The position numbers were made by a program, and so were the translations under genes. This document shows positions 28,883 through 37,701 of a stretch of 40,322 bases of DNA, piece after piece. Every line of letters starts with the position of its first letter. Within the stretch, counting starts at the first letter, position 1. Source of the DNA: an uncultured Bacteroidales bacterium (lineage in GTDB: Bacteria > Bacteroidota > Bacteroidia > Bacteroidales > JADFUO01); contig CAZREZ010000001.1 of NCBI GenBank assembly GCA_964599115.1, forward strand, positions 1-40,322, read 5' to 3'. The notes beneath the pieces were generated by a model that was not told the origin of the DNA, made no database searches, and saw nothing but the letters and a program-made list of their open reading frames with translations.

Positions 28883-29329
28883 TTACCTTTTTTGCCTGAA
28901 AAATTCTTTGATAATACCTGAGCATTCTTTTTCAATAACTCCAGAAAATACTTTTGTTTTTGAATGAATTATTGGTTGTTTAATACGGGTAAATCCTTTT
29001 TCTTCATCATCAGCACCGTAAACGATTTTATTTATCTGTGTCCATAAACATGCACCTGCACACATTATACATGGCTCAAGAGTAACATACAGGGTACATT
29101 CATCAAGATATTTACTTCCAAGAAAATTTGATGCAGCAGTAATTGCCTGCATTTCTGCGTGGGCAGTAGCATCCTTAAGTCGCTCGCTAAGATTATGTGC
29201 CCTGGCAATAATTTGATTATCACAAACTATTACAGCCCCAATCGGCACTTCATCAGCATCAAATGCCTTTTGTGCCTCTTTAATGGCTTCTTTCATAAAG
29301 TGTTTGTCAGAAAAAACTTTAAGTTCCAT
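28883..29329 (-). CDS. tadA: tRNA adenosine(34) deaminase
   Basis: The 148-aa ORF has the CDA zinc motifs HAEMQAI and PCIMCAGA. Confidence 0.9.
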   Translation of the reverse strand: MELKVFSDKHFMKEAIKEAQKAFDADEVPIGAVIVCDNQIIARAHNLSERLKDATAHAEMQAITAASNFLGSKYLDECTLYVTLEPCIMCAGACLWTQINKIVYGADDEEKGFTRIKQPIIHSKTKVFSGVIEKECSGIIKEFFRQKR

Positions 29330-29485
29330 TTTGTTAATCTTTTCGCAATAAAAATATTTTTATTTATTCACCCTAAACAATTTCGTTCAAAATTATTAAT
29401 TCATTTATTAAAAGCAAAAATTTCAGTATATCAATTATTTTTTGATCAATATATTACTGTTATGGATAACTTTCTAAGAAAAAAG

Positions 29486-29493
29486 TATATTTG
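29486..29493 (+). promoter_or_regulatory. Candidate -7 box TATATTTG upstream of the channel gene
   Basis: The sequence matches TAnnTTTG and lies 34 nt before the ATG at 29527. I found no clear -33 TTTG. Confidence 0.35.
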
Positions 29494-29526
29494 TGAAATA
29501 TAAGCAAATCTAAAATAATAATAAAT

Positions 29527-30600
29527 ATGAAAACTCAACGCTATGTTATACAGCTGATAATCATTCTGTTGTTATTGCCTGTTTTAAATGCTAATTCCGC
29601 AAATCAAGAATTAAAAATCGGCTTACAGGTATTGCCACCTTTTATAATTAAAGACAATAATCAATACACAGGGGTATGCATTGATCTTTGGAATAAAATT
29701 GCCGACTCCCTGAATATTGACTATACAATCAAGGAATATGATCTTCAGGAATTATTGCAGGTAGTAGAAAAGGGAGATGTTGATTTTTCTATCTTTCCAT
29801 TTATAGTTACTGCTTCCAGAATGAAAAAATTTGGCTTTACACAACCATTTTATATTACAAACCTTGCTTTTGCTACTAAAGTTGAAAAACATAATACCCT
29901 TATATCTGTCCTTTCCAATATTTTCTCTTTTGGATTTCTGAAAGTTATTATCCCTCTTTTTCTTATTATCCTGATATTTGGCTTTATCGTCTGGCTCTCT
30001 GAATATAAACACAATTCAAAACAATTTCATAAAGGAATAAAAGGCATTGGCGACGGTATATGGTGGTCGGCGGTAACCATGGCTACAGTTGGATATGGAG
30101 ACAAAGCGCCAAAAACACCTTTAGGAAGGATATTTTCTATGATATGGATGATTACGGCTGTAATAATGATATCCAGTCTTACGGCAAGCATATCATCCAA
30201 CCTGACAGTAAATAAGCTTAAATCGGAAATAAGTAGTATTGATGATCTCAGAAAGATAAGTGTAGGTTGTATTCCGGTTACAGGTACTGCTGAATTTCTT
30301 GACCATTACAGGATACAATATACCGATTTCAATAACGTGGAAGAAGGGTTGAAAGCAGTTAATGAAGATTCTATCAAAGCTTTTGTTTATGATGATGCAA
30401 TTTTGAATTATTATGTACATATTAATAAATTTGATGAAGTGATAAAGGTTATACCAAGTTCATACTGTAAGGAATATTACAGTTTTGCCTCTGCTGACAA
30501 TGAACTGCTGAAAAGAATAGATGAAGTGCTGATCTGGATGATTGAAAGCCCTGAATGGGAAACTGTTTTGGAAAAATATCATATTGATTACAGGGAATGA
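29527..30600 (+). CDS. GluR0-like ligand-gated potassium channel (periplasmic solute-binding domain split by a 2TM K+ pore)
   Basis: The 357-aa ORF starts with a signal peptide and an SBP lobe 1 (ELKIGLQVLPPFII...FGFTQPFY). It continues with TM1, a pore helix with selectivity filter (WWSAVTMATVGYGDKAP) and TM2. It ends with SBP lobe 2 (ISSIDDLRKISVGCIPVTGTAEFL...). Confidence 0.8.
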   Translation: MKTQRYVIQLIIILLLLPVLNANSANQELKIGLQVLPPFIIKDNNQYTGVCIDLWNKIADSLNIDYTIKEYDLQELLQVVEKGDVDFSIFPFIVTASRMKKFGFTQPFYITNLAFATKVEKHNTLISVLSNIFSFGFLKVIIPLFLIILIFGFIVWLSEYKHNSKQFHKGIKGIGDGIWWSAVTMATVGYGDKAPKTPLGRIFSMIWMITAVIMISSLTASISSNLTVNKLKSEISSIDDLRKISVGCIPVTGTAEFLDHYRIQYTDFNNVEEGLKAVNEDSIKAFVYDDAILNYYVHINKFDEVIKVIPSSYCKEYYSFASADNELLKRIDEVLIWMIESPEWETVLEKYHIDYRE

Positions 30601-31135
30601 ACTACCTCGCAGCAGAGCTGACGAGGTATCAAAACAAAGTTAGTTGCTGCTTATGAATTCTTTTATATTCCTTTTCTTTTCCTTGAGCTTTTACATATGC
30701 TTGTATACTATCTTCATCTCCATGACGACCAACAGTATTAACATAAAATCCTTTTGTCCAAAACTCACCTCCCCAAAGTTTCTGCTTTACTTCTGGATGA
30801 AGTTTGAAAATTTGCTTTGCTGTAATGCTTTTTACCGTTTGAATTATCCTTGTTGGACTCTGCATTGGAACACTCTGAATCAAAAAATGAACATGGTCAT
30901 TATCTGTACCTATCTCAATAAACGAAATTTCAAAACGCTTGGAAATCTCAAGGCAAATTTCTTTTAAGCTCTTGTCAATAGCTGCGTTGAATACAACTCT
31001 TCGGTATTTTGCGGGACAAACAAAATGATACAACAAAACTGAAACGTTATGACTCTTATGAATAAATTCACTCACACAACAAAGTTAATATTTAATTTCG
31101 AAGCAGAGCTTCGGGGAACTAACCCCGGAGAGATT
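30601..31135 (-). mobile_element. IS200/IS605-family insertion sequence (tnpA only) with subterminal hairpins
   Basis: The Y1 transposase ORF is flanked by related hairpins. One is tacctcgcagc-aga-gctgacgaggta (30603-30628). The other is cgaagc-aga-gcttcg (31099-31113), followed by cttcgggg-aactaa-ccccggag (31109-31130). The element boundaries are approximate. Confidence 0.8.
30629..31075 (-). CDS. tnpA: IS200/IS605 family Y1 (HUH) transposase TnpA
   Basis: The 148-aa ORF has a GTG start. It contains YHFVCPAKYRRVVF, the HUH motif (DHVHFLIQ) and a C-terminal Tyr region (IQAYVKAQ). Confidence 0.9.
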   Translation of the reverse strand: MSEFIHKSHNVSVLLYHFVCPAKYRRVVFNAAIDKSLKEICLEISKRFEISFIEIGTDNDHVHFLIQSVPMQSPTRIIQTVKSITAKQIFKLHPEVKQKLWGGEFWTKGFYVNTVGRHGDEDSIQAYVKAQGKEKEYKRIHKQQLTLF

Positions 31136-31188
31136 AGAATTCGATTGTGCAGTTTTTTTATCTGCGTAATGTACTGTTGATCTTCCCA

Positions 31189-32261
31189 TTAATTCTTCAT
31201 TGTTGTCAGTTTAAAAATTTTATACCAGTAAAAAAATGCTTCCGGGTTTGATTTCTTTAACCGGTTTAATCTAGGCCATAATGGCTCCTTTACCGTCCAT
31301 TCTTTCATTTGTTTAGGGTCCCCATACTTTTCAATTAGGGAAGCATTATGTTTTATACAAATAGCCAAATATGCTGCTTTGGAAGCTGATGTTATTGCTT
31401 TTTCCAAATGATATGGTTCTGAAAAGATAAAACGGGATACTCTATGAATGCCTTGTTGAAGTTGTTTAAAATCACCAGAACCTGTTACCCCTCTGCTTAC
31501 AATGCATAAAGAAGTTTCATAAATATCTTTTAATACATCTTCATAAGCTAGTTTGTTATAATTTCCGTATGATAACTCAGTGGTTGCAAAAGCTTTAAGG
31601 GTTGTTTTGATAATGTTTGCATCTTCAGCGATATCGAATAAATTACCAATATCATATAATTGCTTGATTATCTCCATACTCATACTATACTCTTTTTTGA
31701 AGTAAGGTATACCGGTAGTATTTGGAGCGAATGCAGTTAGCTTATCACCCAAAAAATCCTCTATGGAAGGAACATTCACCTGGATTGGGATTCCATCAGA
31801 AATAACGAATTTGGAAACTATAGGAATCGTAACAATATTTTGATAATTGACTTTTTCAAATAGGATATCGAGCAATATGCTTTCTTCAGCAGCTTGAGTT
31901 TTATGCACAGGTTCATAAAAAAATTTATAATGTGCTTTGTGAATTTTCGAGGTTGCATTCCGTTCCTGAAATTCGACTTTATTAAAGCCCTGTTCTACTG
32001 CTATCCGATTTATTATTTCTTCAAGGTTTTCAGATGTTTTTGGAAGAATGATATCAATATCAATGGAAAGTCTTTTAGAAAATCTGTTAAAAGCATCAAG
32101 GCTGTACCTCCTTTAAAAACAAAATCAAGTTTATTCTTAGCAATACCTTCTAAAAGTAACAAAGCTCGAATTAACTTCTCAACCAGGATTTTGTCAGCTT
32201 TTCGGTTTTCGGCTGATACCTTGTTTATCCATTCTATATCAAGTGAATCTTTACTAATCAT
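31189..32261 (-). pseudogene. AbiEii/AbiGii-type nucleotidyltransferase toxin, frameshifted
   Basis: The N-terminal frame (ATG 32261) reads ...LDFVFKGGTALMLL and then runs to a stop at 32013. A second frame, open from 32112, reads RFSKRLSIDIDIILPKTSENLEE...EPVHKTQAAEESILLDILFEK and continues to 31189. Together they rebuild the NTase motif GG...DxD. Confidence 0.75.
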
Positions 32262-32283
32262 AAAACTATATATCGGCAGCTTT

Positions 32284-32907
32284 TCACTTTTGCTGCCGAA
32301 ATTTAGAAACAATATTTAAGAATTCATTAAAACTCTCCCTTTTTCTCCTCCTATCAGCATATCGACGCATTTTATTTTCATTAATTGCGTATTTATCATA
32401 GGCTTCCATATAAATGTTCTTCATTTCTGAACCTTGTTGAGCATCAAATGTGACATTATCAGTAAAAATATCCACTAACATTTTTTCAAGGGTAGTGGTT
32501 TCAACTCCACGAACATTTTGTGTAGGTGCTTCAGAAACCAACGATTTAACTATCCATGTTTCCTTTTCATCAAGTATGTATCTATTATAAAGCTCTCGGG
32601 AAGGTTCGAGAAAAACAGAATACTTATTTTGCTTCATAAAGAAGAATACAGATTCTAAAGCATCCTTTTCAACTTCAACTAATAAATAAAACCTTCCTGG
32701 TTGATGCAGCATAAATTCATTAAAAGCCGATGTTTTCCAAAGGCAAATATTCAAATAAGGGAAATTTATCTTGAGTTTATTATAAACTGTTTTGATTTTA
32801 TTTGGAATATCTGGAATATAAATTTTTTTCTTACCAAGAATAAATTTACCCCTTCCAATCCTATAAAGAACACCAATTTGAATCAGAGTATAAATTCGCC
32901 AATTCAC
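32284..32907 (-). CDS. AbiEi-like antitoxin/regulator (C-terminal part; wHTH coding continues upstream without a canonical start)
   Basis: The ORF track places a GTG start at 32907. The same frame is open up to 33045. It encodes ...LNIEKLKKHFNSEQIFDNKELLAFYKEIDPDVKATTVNWRIYTLIQIGVLYRIGRGKF, which looks like a wHTH. It lies directly upstream of the AbiEii remnant. Confidence 0.6.
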   Translation of the reverse strand: MNWRIYTLIQIGVLYRIGRGKFILGKKKIYIPDIPNKIKTVYNKLKINFPYLNICLWKTSAFNEFMLHQPGRFYLLVEVEKDALESVFFFMKQNKYSVFLEPSRELYNRYILDEKETWIVKSLVSEAPTQNVRGVETTTLEKMLVDIFTDNVTFDAQQGSEMKNIYMEAYDKYAINENKMRRYADRRRKRESFNEFLNIVSKFRQQK

Positions 32908-33067
32908 TGTGGTTGCCTTTACATCGGGATCGATTTCCTTGTAAAAAGCTAAAAGCTCCTTATTATCAAAGATTTGTTCACTGTTAAAGTGCTTCTTTAG
33001 TTTTTCAATATTTAGTTTATCTGTTGTGATATTTTTAGAATTTGGTCAAAGATACAAAACTATAAAT

Positions 33068-33092
33068 TGGCAGCAAAATAAAAATGCTGCCG
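33068..33092 (-). terminator. Candidate terminator hairpin after the 915-aa T9SS gene
   Basis: On the minus strand the sequence is ggcagca-tttttattt-tgctgcc, followed by aatttatagtttt. Confidence 0.45.
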
Positions 33093-33149
33093 AAAAATTG
33101 TTATAGTTCGTTTTCTTATTCATTATTGTGCTTATTACACCTCAAAAAA

Positions 33150-35897
33150 TCAGTTTAAAACTACCTTCTCAGTTTTAGTTTTATTTCCTGATTTAATATT
33201 TAAAATGTAAGTGCCTTTGGCAAAGGATGAAATATCAATTTGTTTTTTATATATGCCTGAGTAATTGTTTTGATTATCCTTAAATATTGTTTTTCCGGTT
33301 AAATCAATAATTTTTATTTCAATATTATTGGGTATTTCAACATTAAACGAAATATTGAATATTCCATCAGACGGATTCGGATAGACCTGTGTGTTTAATA
33401 TATTTTCATCATGTTCGCCGATTGATGTATAGGGATCATATTCAAAAGTAGTTGTAAATAATCCCCGTCCATGAGTGGCAGCCAAAACCGTATTATCAGC
33501 CTCTCTTAATTTCAGCATATCAATTCTTACATTAGCAAGTCCGTCAATTGCGGGTTCCCAATTTGTCGAATACATTCCAAGCTCATTAGTTGTCCACACC
33601 CCGATTTCGGTTGCAAGCACTGCCTGTTGTGAATTTTGCGGATGATAGATTGCCCATCTTATTGGCATATCCGGCAGGTTGCCTTCTTTTTCCTGCCATG
33701 TTTCGCCTCCGTTATAAGTTTGCCAAACAGAAGAAACACCATAATTTGAAAAAGTAACCAAAAGTGTATCATCCGAACCGGCGATTGCAATACAGGAAAT
33801 ACTTCCTGTTGGGAAATTATCGCTGCCTATTTCGGTGGTAACAGGCTCATCCTGGGCATTTTCAACTTTAAATAATCTTCCTGAGTTTGTACCGAGGAAC
33901 AAAGTAGTGGTTTCTTCAGGTGAGTGAGGAGAATATTTTACATGAGAAAAATATACTGTAGTTGCAGTTGGTAACCATACATATTCGCCATATTCATTTC
34001 CTAAAATATTTGTAATTCTGAGTATCCTGTTTGACTGGCTTCCGCCAAAAGAAACCGCATTAGCATAAATAGTATTCAAATTATAATCATAATCAGCAGG
34101 GTTGATAAAAATACCGCTTTGATAATTGCCTATATAATTTGTTTGTGATCCATTAATAAAAACAGTGTATCTATTGTAATAAACCGAAGTGATCATGATT
34201 GGGGATTCGTTTTGGTCAATGAAACAATAAGCACCGTCACCGCCGTCAATCATATCAAAAATTGATAATGGTGAGCCTGTGTAATATAAAGTTCCGTTAT
34301 CCTGAAGTCCGCCGACATATTTTTCTTCCCCTGCAACAGGTGAAATTGCACAAGTATAAAATTGTAAAGTATTAAAATTATTATTTCTTTCCTGAAAAAC
34401 AGGGCTTGAAGAAGAGCCGTCCGCAGTATAAAAAATACCTCCGTCAGTTGCAAATATCATTTCTTGGGGTGAGCCGGGCTTATAAAGTTGTGCATGCTGG
34501 TCGGCATGAACATATTCATCGCCACCGCCCCAGTACATCAGAGCCCAGTCGGATACATGATTCCAGGTAATTCCGGTATTAATGGTTTTCCATACATCCA
34601 GGCCACCGACATAAAGATTTGTCGGGTCATTTGGGTCAACAACACCAATAAAAGCATGCCAGGCAAGATTAGCCCAGTCGCCTGAGGTTGGTTTGTTGAT
34701 AGATTCCCATGTAGCTCCTTTATCTTCAGAACGAAGAATATACCTACCCTGATAGTAATTAAAACCGCTTGTATATCCGGCTGCAAGAAAGGCAAAAACA
34801 ATATTTTCATCTGAGGGAGCACAGGCAATAATTACCCTGCCCGGGAGGTAATAGCTTCCGTGGTTTTCAATTATTATCCTGTAATCTTCGTAAACTGTCC
34901 AGCTTCCGGCAGTTCCGTCATCTGAATACAGGATTGTTGCACCGCCATTACCATCAATATTTTGAATGGTCCCGACATATATTCTCCCATCAACACCTAT
35001 TTTTACATTTGAAACAGCATACGGAATTTCTTCATCAGTAATATTGGGTAATACCTGTTCCCATGTTTGTCCGTTATCGTCTGAACGGTATAATCCGTCA
35101 GTCGGTAAACTTTGATGATCTTCACCATGATAAAATCCTGAAGCTACTCCGGCATAAATTACACTAACACTATTTTCGTTTCTTAGGGCTATTTCAGTAA
35201 TATATTTAAAATCTTCGGTTGAGGGTATCAACTGCCAGTTATTGCCACCGTTTGTTGACCTGAAAATACCAACTCCTACACCTGAAGATTCGCGATAAGT
35301 TGCAAAAGCTGTTTGTACTTCACCTGTTCCGACATAAAAAATTTGTGGATCATTGGGGTCGTAAGTAATGCAACTTATTGACAGACTGCTCCAGAAATCG
35401 TCAACAGGAATCCATTGAGAATCTTCGTCGGTAATATCATTATTATACCATAAACCGCCTGTAACGCCACCTGACCAAACTTTATTGTTTATATTGTCAT
35501 TAGGGTCAAACATAAGTGCACGCGCTCTTCCGCCCATTACTGCGCCCGTGCTTTCCCATTCCATTGACATAGCCCCTGATTTTAATTTGCTTTGTTTGCG
35601 GATTGCTTTGGTTTGTTTGTAAGCTTTTTTAAGTCTTTCAACAGGAACCCTGCCTAATTCAGGGTCCAAAGTCATAAAATAATTTTGAATTGCAGCCAGG
35701 TCAGGATGGTTGACTTTAGGAACACCTTTCAAGTCTTCGTCGGAACAATTTGGAATATTTTTATATTCTTCATTCAGGAATTGTTCATATTTTTCTCTTT
35801 CGGATAGTTGCTTTTTTACCGGTAAAGAATAAATTGCCCATAGTGAAATCAGTAGTATAGGAAGTATCACGCTGACTTTTAAGATTTGTTTTTTCAT
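33150..35897 (-). CDS. BNR/Asp-box repeat (sortilin/VPS10-like beta-propeller) protein with T9SS C-terminal sorting domain
   Basis: The 915-aa ORF has a signal peptide and repeated SxDxGxTW-like motifs (RSDDNGQTWEQV, RSEDKGATWESI, STNGGNNWQLI, TYNGGETWQEK). Its C-terminus is VYPNPSDGIFNISF...GTYILNIKSGNKTKTEKVVLN. Confidence 0.8.
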   Translation of the reverse strand: MKKQILKVSVILPILLISLWAIYSLPVKKQLSEREKYEQFLNEEYKNIPNCSDEDLKGVPKVNHPDLAAIQNYFMTLDPELGRVPVERLKKAYKQTKAIRKQSKLKSGAMSMEWESTGAVMGGRARALMFDPNDNINNKVWSGGVTGGLWYNNDITDEDSQWIPVDDFWSSLSISCITYDPNDPQIFYVGTGEVQTAFATYRESSGVGVGIFRSTNGGNNWQLIPSTEDFKYITEIALRNENSVSVIYAGVASGFYHGEDHQSLPTDGLYRSDDNGQTWEQVLPNITDEEIPYAVSNVKIGVDGRIYVGTIQNIDGNGGATILYSDDGTAGSWTVYEDYRIIIENHGSYYLPGRVIIACAPSDENIVFAFLAAGYTSGFNYYQGRYILRSEDKGATWESINKPTSGDWANLAWHAFIGVVDPNDPTNLYVGGLDVWKTINTGITWNHVSDWALMYWGGGDEYVHADQHAQLYKPGSPQEMIFATDGGIFYTADGSSSSPVFQERNNNFNTLQFYTCAISPVAGEEKYVGGLQDNGTLYYTGSPLSIFDMIDGGDGAYCFIDQNESPIMITSVYYNRYTVFINGSQTNYIGNYQSGIFINPADYDYNLNTIYANAVSFGGSQSNRILRITNILGNEYGEYVWLPTATTVYFSHVKYSPHSPEETTTLFLGTNSGRLFKVENAQDEPVTTEIGSDNFPTGSISCIAIAGSDDTLLVTFSNYGVSSVWQTYNGGETWQEKEGNLPDMPIRWAIYHPQNSQQAVLATEIGVWTTNELGMYSTNWEPAIDGLANVRIDMLKLREADNTVLAATHGRGLFTTTFEYDPYTSIGEHDENILNTQVYPNPSDGIFNISFNVEIPNNIEIKIIDLTGKTIFKDNQNNYSGIYKKQIDISSFAKGTYILNIKSGNKTKTEKVVLN

Positions 35898-35960
35898 CTG
35901 TTTATATTTTAGTAGTTAATTTATTTTCTGCTACTTATAATTTTCAGAAAAATTCATGTT

Positions 35961-36066
35961 CAGAAATTAGAAATTGGATATTTGAAATTAGGCTGTTAAA
36001 ATAAGTTTTTTCCAAATTTCGAATTTCCCATACGAGCTAACTTCGTGTCGCAAGTTTCAAATTTCA
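35961..36066. repeat. Composite repeat: heptamer block, inverted heptamers, and core-repeat copy C
   Basis: The order is tcagaaattagaaattggatatttgaaattagg, a 21-nt spacer, aaatttcgaatttc, [CCATACGAGCTAACTTCGTGTCGC], then aagtttcaaatttc. Confidence 0.8.
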
Positions 36067-36126
36067 TTATATAATCATCCCCTTGACTTACCTACCCTGT
36101 AATAAAATGTATAGGGTATGCCAAAA

Positions 36127-36330
36127 TTTACCTGTCATGGATGTTTCATGTTATTGAATTTTGTTTTTATACTATGTTTATGACAAAAAAATCAGAAATA
36201 AAGTTGTATTAACTTGCATTATTCCGACTTATCAGAAAACTCTTCAAAGGTAATACAATTAGATTTTAGGGATATATTTTTTATTAACAGGTTTTATCTG
36301 CCATGGATGGTTAGTGTTATTATATTTTTG
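36127..36330 (+). repeat. Pair of ~37-nt direct repeats (36127-36163 and 36292-36330)
   Basis: The two copies are tttacctgtcatggatgtttcatgttattgaattttg and tttatctgccatggatggttagtgttattatatttttg. About 30 positions match by eye. Confidence 0.6.
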
Positions 36331-36414
36331 CGGTTGTTCTTCGCGAGCTTTGCATGAATAAATTATTTAATTTCAATATAACAACACAACTGAATAGTTG
36401 AAATATTTTATGAG

Positions 36415-37524
36415 TTAATCCAAACACAACATCTTCTTTGTAAGAATTTTATCCTCAGTTATAAATTGATAATAATAAATACCTGTTTGCAGGTTTTTCG
36501 GGCTGAATATTACTTCGTGTTTTCCGGCAGGTTTTATTTCATTTATAATCTCATCAACTAATTTACCTGTAATATCATATATATTCAGGCAAACATTTGT
36601 TGTTTTGATGAGTTTAAAACCGATTATTGTTTTATCGTTAAATGGATTTGGTTGATTTTTTAAATCGTAATTATCAGTATATAACTCACCAATTTTGGTT
36701 GTAGGTCCATCCCAACCAGACATACGGGAGATCATCCACCAGAATGCTCTTCCTTTCAGGTTACAATTCAGGGATTCGGAATGGGCGCAGGAACAATACC
36801 AGCAAAGGTCGGAACCCGGGTTTACAGCACACCATTCAGTTGCCCAGTTGCCGAGTAAGGTGCCACCGGGACCCGAATAATAATTACAATTATCATTGCC
36901 ATACTCAAAATAGGTTGAATCAGGATCATAACTTTCAATATCGGCAAAATCAAAAAGTATTTTATCGTTAGCTATACAATAATCCCTTATTTGTTGGTTT
37001 CGTGCTTTTAGATTTTCCCATGACCAAATATCCAGATGCCCTGTCATATAAATAAATTTTACATTAGGATAATCATTTTCAAGTTCTGTCATTTTGTTGA
37101 GGTAAACATTAATTCCTTCTTCGGTGTTGTCGGAACAACCTCCGCACCACGACCACATTATTACATTCCTGTCATTGCCCGGTTGGTTAAGGACATTTCT
37201 TGTAACCTGCACCCAACTTGTATCTCCGTTGTGTCCAAGGTCAACTCCGGTTTGTTCCTGATATGATAAAGCTCCGCCTGCGCCTGATGAATTATAAGTG
37301 TATGGCTCACCAATATAGTTTTGAAGATTATTAATACCTGAGGTTATCTGGCTTCCATGTGATGTATGCCCGTACCATACCTTAAAATCTTCCTTTGCCT
37401 GATTGACCCATTCAAGAGGTACTAATGAAAGTCCTGTACATGAGTGATTGATAATGATTGCCTGGGCAAAAACAGAAAAGTTATAAATAAATAATGCTGA
37501 AAATAAAATACTGAGCTTTTTCAT
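36415..37524 (-). CDS. Secreted T9SS cargo protein, N-terminal domain of unknown function (Cys-rich)
   Basis: The 369-aa ORF has a signal peptide and a T9SS CTD (NQPNPFNDKTIIGFKL...GIYYYQFITEDKILTKKMLCLD). The N-terminal domain has enzyme-like blocks (WYGHTSHGSQ, IMWSWCGGCSD, YMTGHLD) that I cannot assign to a family. Confidence 0.7.
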   Translation of the reverse strand: MKKLSILFSALFIYNFSVFAQAIIINHSCTGLSLVPLEWVNQAKEDFKVWYGHTSHGSQITSGINNLQNYIGEPYTYNSSGAGGALSYQEQTGVDLGHNGDTSWVQVTRNVLNQPGNDRNVIMWSWCGGCSDNTEEGINVYLNKMTELENDYPNVKFIYMTGHLDIWSWENLKARNQQIRDYCIANDKILFDFADIESYDPDSTYFEYGNDNCNYYSGPGGTLLGNWATEWCAVNPGSDLCWYCSCAHSESLNCNLKGRAFWWMISRMSGWDGPTTKIGELYTDNYDLKNQPNPFNDKTIIGFKLIKTTNVCLNIYDITGKLVDEIINEIKPAGKHEVIFSPKNLQTGIYYYQFITEDKILTKKMLCLD

Positions 37525-37701
37525 CCTTAAGATTTTTTAACAAAATTAGTAAAGAATATATAAAATTAAAAATTAAAACAGGGAAAATTTAGTAAAAAAA
37601 ATCTAATTTTTTAATAAGGTTTCAAATATTTGCTATTTTTGAATGATTTATTGTATTAGCTAAATATAAAATAATCGAAATAATAACATAAATATAAAGC
37701 A

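Noticed and set aside
4-29377. The recurrent accctaa heptamer (4-10, 3403-3409, 3438-3444, 29371-29377) as a regulatory motif.
   Set aside because: A rough composition-based expectation for a 7-mer on both strands of 40 kb is several occurrences. The count is therefore not distinguishable from chance.
37634-37641. TATTTTTG upstream of the RND adaptor gene as a -7 promoter box.
   Set aside because: It matches TAnnTTTG, but the only TTTG upstream is 2 nt away rather than at -33. The box is also 60 nt from the ATG. It is plausible but unsupported, so I did not list it as a feature.
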